NCBI GenBank assembly: GCA_963575745.1
Contig: CAUYUJ010000225.1
Location: 1 to 64,000 of the forward strand
Length of the DNA: 64,000 bases
Reading direction: 5' to 3'
DNA from: Prorocentrum cordatum
Lineage: Eukaryota
In this document: positions 54,451 through 64,000 of the stretch, piece after piece
How the letters are laid out: every line of letters begins with the position of its first letter
Position numbering within the stretch: the stretch's first letter is position 1
Program-made: the position numbers and the translations under genes
The notes under the pieces: generated by a model
The model's input: the letters and a program-made list of their open reading frames with translations, nothing else
What the model was told of the DNA's origin: nothing
Database searches by the model: none

Positions 54451-54664
54451 GACCACTGCTACTAGATTAGTACTACTACGGCTACTACTACTACTACGAC
54501 GGCAACGACTACTACTGATACTACTACAACTGATACGGATACTGATACTGATACTGGTACTACGACTACTGCTACTACTACTACTACTACTACTACTACG
54601 ACTGCTGCGACTACTACGACTACTGTGGCTACTACTACGACTACTACCACGACTACTACTACTT

Positions 54665-54705
<41 letters not shown>

Positions 54706-54853
54706 GCTACGCCTACTAATACTGATACTACTACTGCTACTACGGCTACTACGACTACTACGACTACTACTACTACTACTACCACCACTACTACTACCAC
54801 TGTTACTGCTACTAATGCTGCTGCTGCTGCTACTACTACTACTCATGCTACTA

Positions 54854-54938
<85 letters not shown>

Positions 54939-55212
54939 CACGACTGCTACTACGACTACTACTACTACTACTACTACTACTACAACTACAACTACGACTA
55001 CGACTACGGCTGCGACTACTACAGCTACTACTACTACTACTGCTACTACTGCTACTACTACTACTACTACTACTATTACTACTATTACTACTACTACTAC
55101 TACTGCGGCTACTACAACTACTGCGACTACTACTGCTACTACTACTACTTCTACTACTACGACTGCTGCGATTACTACGACTACTGTGGCTACTACTACG
55201 ACTACTATTACG

Positions 55213-55248
<36 letters not shown>

Positions 55249-55284
55249 GCTACGTCTACTAATACTGATACTACTACTACTACG

Positions 55285-55322
<38 letters not shown>

Positions 55323-55456
55323 GACTACTACTACTACTACTACTGCTACTAGATTAGTACTACTGCGGCTACTACTACTACTACTACTACGACGACGACT
55401 ACTACTACTGATACTACTACAACTGATACGGATACTGATACTGCTACTGGTAGTAT

Positions 55457-55489
<33 letters not shown>

Positions 55490-55778
55490 GACTGCTGCGA
55501 CTACTACGACTACTGTGGCTACTACTACGAAAACGACTACGACTACTACTACTACTACTACTACTACTGCTACGTCTACTAATACTGATACTACTACTAC
55601 TACTACGACTGCTACGACTACTACGACTACTACTACTACTACTACTGCTACTACTACTACTACCACTGCCACTACCACTGTTACTGCTACTAATGCTGCT
55701 GCTGCTACTACTACTACTACTCATACTACTACTACTGCTGCTACTACTACTACTACTACTGCTACGACTGCTACTACG

Positions 55779-55860
<82 letters not shown>

Positions 55861-55900
55861 ACTACTACTACTAACTACTAGTAACTACTACTAACTACTA
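51700..55900. repeat. (ACT)n satellite with higher-order units
   Basis: More than 4 kb running into the gap; marker CTAGAT(T/G)AGTACT recurs at about 52375, 52761, 53583, 54463 and 55349. Confidence 0.95.
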
Positions 55901-56000
55901 NNNNNNNNNNNNNNNNNNNNNNNNNNNNNNNNNNNNNNNNNNNNNNNNNNNNNNNNNNNNNNNNNNNNNNNNNNNNNNNNNNNNNNNNNNNNNNNNNNNN
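55901..56000. other. Assembly gap (100 N)
   Basis: Run of N. Confidence 1.
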
Positions 56001-56435
56001 GAGACGGGAGGTGGGCGGGCGGAGGGCGGCTGCAAGGAGAGCGGGGGGGGGGGCGGGGGCGCGCGCGGAAGCGGAGATAGAGAGAAAAAGAAAGAGATTG
56101 AGAGAAAGCGACAGAGAGAGAGAGGGAGGGAGGGAGAGCGAGAAAGAGAACAGGGGAGGCAACGCCGAGGAAGAGAACAGCGGGCATGCCGCGCCGACGC
56201 CAACAGCAAGCAAACAACGCGCCACGCCTCCGACAAAAAGTTGGCGATTCGGCTGCTGAACCCCCGCGGCCCCGAGTCCCCGCGGTTCAACGGTCGAATA
56301 CCCCCCCCCTCCCCCGCGTTGTTCAGGATTTTGTTTTGTGGGAAGCGGGGCGCGATTTTTGCTTTCTCCTGGCATCGGCGCGGCATGCCTGCTGTGCTCT
56401 TCCCCAGAGCTGCCTCCCCTGTCCTCTCTCTCCTT

Positions 56436-56473
<38 letters not shown>

Positions 56474-56579
56474 ATGGTGTTTGCCTCTCTCTCTCTCTCT
56501 CTCTCTCTCCCTCTCTCTCTCTCTTTCTTTATGTGGTGTTCTCTCTCTCTCTCTCTCTTGCTCTCCGCCGTCCTCGGCC

Positions 56580-58810
56580 TAGACCTGCGCCTGAGCCTGC
56601 CCTGGGCCTCAGCCTAGCATAGCTTAAGCCCCAACCAACATGTAGCCTAAGCCTGGCCTCAGTCTTAGCTCGGCCTCAGCCTCAGCCTCTGCCTCTGCCT
56701 CAGCATCGCCTAAGCCTGGCCTCAGCCTACACCTCAACCTCAAACTACCCTAAGTTTCAGACTAAGCATGGCCTAAGCTGGGCCTAAGCCTCGACCTGGG
56801 CCGAAACGCCAGCCCCCGCCTAGCCTAAGCCTCAGCCAAAGCCAGCCAAGCCTACACCCCAGCCTAGCCTCAGCCTGGCTTACGCCTCAGCCTAAGCCTA
56901 CGCCTCAACCTAAGCCTCGGCCTAGCCTACACCTCAGCCTAAGCCTAGCCTGAGCCTCGAGCCAAACCTCAGCCTAAGCCTCGGCGCAAGCCTCAGCCTA
57001 AGCCTAGCCGAAGCCTCACCCTGACACAAGCCTCAGCCTCAGCCTAAGCCTCAAGCTAGCTTAAGTTTAGCCTAGGCCTCAGTATGAGGCTAAGCCCCCG
57101 CCTGAGCCTAGCCTTGCCTCGGCCACAGCATAAGCTTAAGCATGGCCTACGCCTCAGCCTAAGCCCAGTCTGAGCCTCAGCCTATGTCTCAGCCTAAGCC
57201 TAACCCTCAGCCCCAGCATAGCTTAGCCTACGCCTCAACACAATACTAGCTCGGCAGAACCTCAGCCTAAGCCTGGCCTAACCTAAGCATCAGCCTAAGC
57301 CCCTGCCTAAGCCTAGCTTAAGCCTGAGCCGCAGCCCAAGCCTCAGCCTCAGCTTAGCCTGGGCCTCAGCCTGAGCCGAGCCAACTCCTTGCCTAAGCCT
57401 CAGCCCAAGCTTCAGCCCAAGGTTCAGCCTAAGCCCCAGCCGAAGCCCAGCATAGGCATCGCCGAAGCCTCAGCCTCATCCTAAGCCTCAGCCGAGCCTA
57501 AGCCTCAGCCTAGCCTGAGCCATGCCTGAGCCCCAGCTCAACCTCGACCTCGGTATGCGCCTAGCCGAAGCCTGGCCTAAGTCTCAGCGTACCCTCAGCC
57601 TGGCCTCAGCCCCAGCCAAGCCTACGCCTCAACCGAGCCTAAACCTCAGCCTAAGCCTAGCCTAAGCTTTGTCCCCACCCACAGCCCAGGCCTCAGCCTA
57701 GTCTAGCGTAGCCTTAGCCTTAGCCTTCACCGTCGCCTTAGCCTTCACCTTAGCCGAAGCCTGAGCCTAGCCTCAGCCCAGCCTAAGCCAAATCTTCAGC
57801 CTAGCCTTAGCTTGGCCTGGGCCGCAACTTAAGCCCCACCCTCACCAGAGCCTAGCCTAAGCCTAAGCCTCAGCCTAAGCCTGGCCTGAACCCCAGCCTC
57901 AGCCTAGCCTAAGCCTCAGCTTCAGCCCAAGCCTGGCCTCAACCCAGTCTAAGTTTAGCCGGAGCCTCAGCCTCAGCCTAAGCCTCAGCTTAGCTTAGCC
58001 TACGCCTCAGCGTAAGACTAGGCTAAGCGTTGCCTAAGTCTCAGCATGGCCTTGCCTAAGCCCCAGCCTAAGCCTAGCTTAAGCCTGAGCCGCAGCCTAA
58101 GCCTCAGCTTAGCCTGGGCCTCAGCCTAAGCCGAGCCAAAGCCTTGCCTAAGCCTCAGCCCAAGCCTCAGCCTAAGCCCCAGCCTGAGCCTACCCTATGC
58201 CTAGCCTGAGCCTCGGCCGAGCTAAATCCTCAGCCTAAGCCTGGCCTTATCCTCGCCTCAGCCTAAACTTCAGCCGCAGATCAACCTAAACTGCAGCATA
58301 AGCCCAGCCTCAGCCTAGCCTAAGCCTCAGCCTGAGCCTCAAGCTCAGCCTAAGGCTAGGCATGAACCCCAGCTTGACCTCCGCTTGAGCCCAGCCTAAT
58401 CCTCAGCCTCAGCCTCAGCATGGCCTTGGCCTCAGCTCAAGCCTAGCCTGAGCCTCGGCCCAGCCTAAGCCTCAGCCTATGCATCAGCTTAGCCTCAGCC
58501 TAAGCCTAGCCTGAGTCCAGCATAGCCTCTGCCTAAGCCTAAGCTTCAGCCTCAACCTAAACCTCAGCTTAAGATTAGTCTAAGCCTACCCTCCGCCTAA
58601 GCCTCAGCCTCAGCCTCCGCCTCAGCCTAAGCCTCAGCGTAGCCTAGGTTTAGCCTAAGCCGCAACTTAAGTATCACCCTCACCACAGCCTAGCCTAAGC
58701 CTAAGCCTAGCCTAAGCCTTGTCTGAACCCCAGCCTCAGCCAAGCCTACGCCTCAGCCTAAGCCCAGCCTGAGCCTAAGCCCTATCCAAAGCCTAGCCTG
58801 CGCCCCAGCC
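56580..58810. repeat. (AGCCTA/AGCCTC/AGCCT)n satellite with higher-order duplication
   Basis: 2.2 kb of 5-6-bp units; shared variants about 0.8 kb apart. Confidence 0.95.
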
Positions 58811-59174
58811 TCTCTCGAATGAACTCCTTAATTCTCAGGACTTGAGCCGAACATCACATGATATTGGCACCTGGGCACCTCCTGCGCACCCGCTGCCACG
58901 AGGAAGCACTGCAACCCACTCCGACACAACGCAATGCAACGCAAGGGCGTGGGAGCGCGAGGCAGTGCGAGGCCGAAAGCTTTCGGAGAGGGGGGGAGGA
59001 GGAGGGAAGGGGGGAGGACGGTTGGGGAAGGATTGAGGATTCCCTACGTGTTGAGTTTTTTGGGGGGATGCCTTGTGTGCCCCACCACCCCTTCCCTGTC
59101 CCCTAGAGGGGACCGAGGGCGGCGAATGCAATGCAATCCGCGTACGAGCAGAGGACACGGGGCCTGTTTGTCGT

Positions 59175-59291
59175 CCCTCCTCCTCCTCCTCCTCCTCCTC
59201 CTCCCTCCTCCTCCTCCTCCTCCTCCTCCTCCTCCTCCTCCTCCTCCTCCTCCTCCTCCTCCTCCTCCTCCTCCTCCTCCTCCTCCTCCTC
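59175..59291. repeat. (CCT)n microsatellite
   Basis: Directly visible. Confidence 0.95.
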
Positions 59292-59754
59292 TGGTCCCCC
59301 TCATGTCATGCATCGCGCTCCCGTTCAGTGGTGCGGGGGGTTCCCCCCCAGACGCGCGACCAGTGGGGAAGTGCGACGGTGGGGGAGGGGGCAACAAAAA
59401 ACATGTTTCCTCCCCCCCGCGATGCACTCCCCAGCTCCCCCCCCCCGCGGGTCTCGAACCCGGGGAGGGGGGCTGTGAGGGAGCCTGGGGAGAGGACTGG
59501 AGAGCATGTGTATCCATTTATATATGGGTCCTGGCCAAGAAGGGGTGTGCCGAAGGACCCGCAACGCGACCCCCCCCCACAACGTCCTGAAGCGTGTAAG
59601 GAGGACGGAAAAGCACCCGAACAACAAACACTTTGCATTTCAGCAGGGTGGAATACGCCAGGACCCATCTTTACATACATAGATATACACACATATAGGC
59701 GGTACGGGCCTAGCGAGGGGCGTTGCTTCTCTGCGTCGCCGTCGTCGCTGGTGC

Positions 59755-59786
<32 letters not shown>

Positions 59787-60789
59787 TCGTCATCGTCGTT
59801 ATCATCGTCGTCGTGTGGGCGAAGTACAGATCCATTGCGTATGTTGGCGGTGGGGAGCCAAACGACACACGGAACAGCAACAACAGACCAACAAAAATGA
59901 AGTGCTGGAGGCAGACACTTCACGACAACCAGAAAAGAAAAAAACACAAACAAACAAAACACAACGATCCAAGGGAAATCCGTGTGGATAGGAACGCCCA
60001 AAAGGGACCCCCCGCATTCTCTTTGGAAGTTGTTTTAATTTTGCTATTGTATTTTCCACGGTTTCCCAAACCGTTCTGCCACCATCGCTTTGGATTATGG
60101 TCCCTGATGGTTTTCGCAAGAAGTTCTGGCATTCCTTTAGAATAGGCAGGAGGAGTGACCTCTACAGATCCACCGCAAAGTGCAACCAGCTGGCAGGGCG
60201 GGACCTACAAGCTGTGGGGAAAAGGGGCAAACAACAGTGCCAAAATTAAGCGCCGTCGCCTGAGACCCCTACCCGTCAGCGCCGAAGAGACAGCTCGGGG
60301 CCGAGGCCATGCGCAAGTGCCCAAGCACAACGTGCACCTGCCACAACATCTCTAAGAGAGGGGGCAGGCACACGTGACCAAGGGAACCCCGAGCTGCAAG
60401 CGCAAGAAAAAAGGCAAGCTGCAGGGAGACTGCAACTGGACGCTATCTCGAGCCGACTGCCCTCGACTGAACAGGAGGACAACAGGCAAGACAGCGCCCT
60501 CCCACAAGGGCCACGATGGCACCGAAACGAGGAGGGCAAAGGCCGAGGGACGCGCAACGCACACACGCACGAGACGCGCACCCCACGCCAAAAAGAGGAT
60601 GGTGGGGCCCTGAACCTACGCTCAAAGCCACAGCAACATCCGCCGAGCCACGGTCAGGATGGAGTCATCCCCGTGCTCGGGCCAAGAAGAGGTGCACCCA
60701 AGATGTGCGCGCTCCTTCCCCCAGAAATGGGGTGCCTGACGCTCGTGCACGCTTACGCCCACGATAAAAATAACACCTGGCAAAGAAAG

Positions 60790-61110
60790 CTCGACCGCCC
60801 ACAAAAGGACGACGAGCCCACAGCCCCTGGTGCAGCCAGCGCCAGGACGACCGACGGACTCGCCCCAGATGTGGGGTGACGCACGGATGCCTGCCAAAAG
60901 GGTCAGTCGCATCGGGCCGTGCAGAAAAGAGAGCAGGCGAACCCTCGCCACAGGGAAAACTCGACCACCCACAAAAGGACGACGAGCCCGGAGTCCCAGG
61001 TGCAGCCAGCGCCAGGACGACAAACGGACTCGCCCCAGATGTGGGGTTAAGCACGGATGCCTGCCAAAGGGGTCAGGTCGCATCGGGCCGTGCAAGAAAC
61101 GAAGACGAAA
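60790..61110. repeat. 170-bp tandem duplication downstream of the LINE ORF
   Basis: CTCGACC.CCCACAAAAGGACGACGAGCCC...CGCATCGGGCCGTGCA starts at 60790 and again at 60960. Confidence 0.9.
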
Positions 61111-61236
61111 AGGCGCCATGCGCCACAGAGAACCAATCCGAGCTGTCCGACTCGTCCTGGCGGCGTCTCGCCAGGAAGGAAGGCGTGAGGAGTGGTCCCT
61201 GAGAAGGAGGCTGCGGAGCTGCAACTTCTTCGGCCA

Positions 61237-64000
61237 CTAGCCCACTCCGCTCGCATACGGGCCCCTCTCGATGGGAGGAGCAAGCTGCAGCAGGCGGATG
61301 GTCCTTGCCATCGCAAGGACGTTGCGCGCACTCCTCTCCCCCCCAAAACCCCCCCCCCCGTCAGTCACACCCCCCGAGTCCCCTCCCACTTCGGACGGCC
61401 TGTCGACGCCCTTAAAGACATATGAATCAAAACAAGCCATACAATTGTCTAGGTCAACTGTGACCCGTTCTTTCCGCTTGAAGTAGTGAGGGTGGTCACC
61501 GCGAAGCAGATATCGCCAACCATATCTAGCAGCACGCGACGGCGGGGGTGTACATTTTCCGCCAAGGCCTCTGACTGAGGCCCCTGAGGAGTAGCACTTG
61601 CATCTTAGGCAGATGAACAAGACTGAGCCGTCGGAGCAATTGAAACCCACCGTGCGGTGATCCAACGCTTGCTGCTTAGCCGCATGCAGTTTGGAAAACG
61701 CAACATCGCCCTTGAGGCGGGCAACTCCTTGCCCCTCTTCGACCCAGTAGACAGACAGCACACCTCCAAATGCCGCTCCAACGCTCCCACTGGTGAGGCA
61801 CGGGGGGGGGGGGGGGGGGCTCGCAGAGGGAGCGAGATCAGGTGGGGTGCACGGCACATCGAGGGACAACTTCGGCCATAGCGGCAGAAGGTTGGCAGCA
61901 AGAATGCAATACGCACGGGCGGCATCCACCAGACGAGTCACTCCCTCCATCTCCTCAGGGGCAGACGGGTGGAGCAAAAGGCCATGCTTGGCCCCAATGT
62001 CAGCATCAGAGTTCCCTTTACGGAGAAACCTCCCACGAGCAGACAGGCCCTCCACTTCCAGACTGAGGTGGGCCTTGACCTTCACAATGTCCTCAACAAG
62101 CTGACCTTCAAAGGAGCTGGCCTGAAGGATCATGCCCGAATAGGTGCGCTTCCCCGAGCATCTTTCCGTCTCGGGGAGCCCACTTTGATGCACAACATTG
62201 GCGCAATCCGAATAGAGGGCCGAAGGAAAAATCATAACTTGGGCAACTACACACCTAGCTGAGAATTCAGCGGCTTGTGGGGTCTGCGGGTAGTGGGCCC
62301 AGACAGGGCCACGAACCTCTCCAAGGCACCCCCCATCGTCCGAATTCATTGAGACAGCCCAAGAGGCCCTCGAGAGCTCTCTAGTGGGGTGGCGCTGGCA
62401 GGACCCGTCAATGAAGAGGTGACCCCACATTTCTCCATTGGCGGGGGCCCTGGGGCCCTCAGGGCTGATGAGCTCTTTGCAGTGCCAAGTGTACTGAAGG
62501 GAGTTCGTACCCTCTTGAGCTGGCCTGGGGAGCCAGTCGGCGGGGTGGGCGAAAGCCCCTCGAGTGTAAAGGCATCTATCCTCATTGCTGGCCTCAGTTG
62601 ACAGGGGCGCTGGGGCGTCGGCAGCAACAGAGGCGGGGACCAACTGAGCTCTCAACTCGGGGACCTCCTCGTCAAAGCAGCTCCACAGCCTGTGGGCGAT
62701 GGAGTCGGGGGCGACCCTACGCCTGGGGCATAACGGGTCCACTTGGTAACCCGCACTGAGGGCACGATCAGCTGTCCATGTGGCGCAGCTGGTGCATGCG
62801 CGAATCCAACCTTGCTGGGCAGGGGTAAACTTCTTAGAAGAGCAGGCAGATTTGGGGATGTCTAAACACAAACGCTTCCCAATCCCCCACTTGCCACCCA
62901 GGTCCCGCTCCAGACTTCTCAGGTAGGCGCCCTTGCAAAGCGTTTCAAGCAACTTGGGGGAGGTAAGGCCCAGGGAAACCTGATAACCCCTATCGTCAAC
63001 CACAGTCATGAAGTTGGTCATCCTCCACCCAAGACGGAGCAAAGAAAGCCTGAGAGCAGAGAGCGGTCCCTTGACCGTGGGCCACGTGACCCTATCCAGC
63101 GAGAAAACGGCATTCCACGCGGCCCGAAGGTCTTCAAATGAGAGAGAGCCATCAAATATCATAGTGTGAGTGATCCATATCTCTTTACTCCATCGAAGTA
63201 TCGGGGCACTGGCCGCTCTCCAACAGGGATCCTCCGAAAGAATGCTGGCAGCCGTGAGAGAGCGGCTCTTGGCGAAAGGGCGCACGGTCGAAAAAGCTCG
63301 GCGTCTCATCGCGAGAAGCTGTTGGTCGCTGACCCCCAAGATCTCCGCTCCATAGGCCCCACCAGCGAGGGGGCCCGCAGCGACGATCCTGAGGGCCGCC
63401 CTACCCACATGCTCCGACTGCTTCTTGAGGCGCCTAGCTTTGCGACGCATGAGAGCAGCTCTGGCTTTCATCTTAGAACTCCTGCCAGAAGCTCGGGCCG
63501 ATCGGCCCGTGCAAAAATCAACACCAAGGTTGACAGTGGAATCTCGCACACTGCCCCCTAACCGACCAAGGGCTATGGCTATGTCATTAGCCAGCTTCTT
63601 GCTGGAGGCAACCGTGCAAACTTTGTCAAGAGACAGCTGGCAACCCATGTCATTGGTGATGACGTGATGTAACATGATAGAGGTCGACACGATCTGTTGG
63701 ACAACGTGCTTATGACTGCCAGTGCTCGAAACTCCCGTGTCATCGATGTACGCATCGAACTCTAAATGTTTGTGCCGAGGGAGCTGGTCAAACGCATCCA
63801 TCGCAAAAAAACTCGGATGTGCGACGCCGCAAAGCTGCATCCAACACCAACCCCATTTATCACGAAAAAGGGACCGTCCAGCACGCCAGCAACAGAGATG
63901 AAACGGCCGCACCTGTAGGCATGGATCGACAACCTAGTGATGACTTCAGGAAAGTTATGACGACGACATCGATCTTCTAGCATCTCCAAGTTGATCGTTT
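61237..64000 (-). pseudogene. LINE pol (RT, zinc-finger-like region, RNase H), frameshifted near 63790
   Basis: AYIDDT; NLGVD; CPRRRVAPDSIAHRLWSC; RNase H LFIDGS...QTPQAAEF...LYSDCANVV...VKVKAH...GNSDADIGAK; terminal CLRCKC...C. Confidence 0.9.

Larger units (their letters stand above)
60130..64000 (-). mobile_element. LINE with RT and C-terminal RNase H; continues beyond the window; 3' end approximate
   Basis: ORF 61237-63912 plus an upstream frame 63762-63989 (NGVGVGCSFA). Confidence 0.85.

Noticed and set aside
56580..58810. True telomere
   Set aside because: The array is degenerate and internal, with unique sequence on both sides.

Overview
Eukaryotic, repeat-dominated, GC-rich DNA with dinoflagellate-like hallmarks: AG|G acceptor sites, a GC donor, and retrotransposons carrying methyltransferase-like domains. 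The taxon is an inference. Most long ORFs in the six-frame track are microsatellite or GC-rich artefacts. Host-gene content is a spliced minus-strand multi-pass membrane-protein gene (exons 2005-1751, 1365-1228, 977-423, 243-<1) and a Cys-rich PAN/Apple-like exon (6915-6306). Mobile elements include a decayed, nested DIRS-like tyrosine-recombinase retrotransposon (~9.9-20.3 kb) with two putative cytosine-MTase-like regions, a 5'-truncated CRE/R2-type LINE (31.3-33.5 kb), a decayed Helitron with N-terminal CxxC..CxxC fingers (37.1-42.5 kb), an RNase H-bearing LINE (60.1-64 kb) and two TA-target MITE families. Unusual repeat architectures include a 3.2-kb inverted (ACT)n/(AGT)n block with a candidate 10-bp target-site duplication, higher-order satellites, a poly-G-spaced motif array and microsatellite-anchored hairpins. 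There is a 100-N assembly gap at 55901-56000. No rRNA, tRNA or CRISPR array was recognised.
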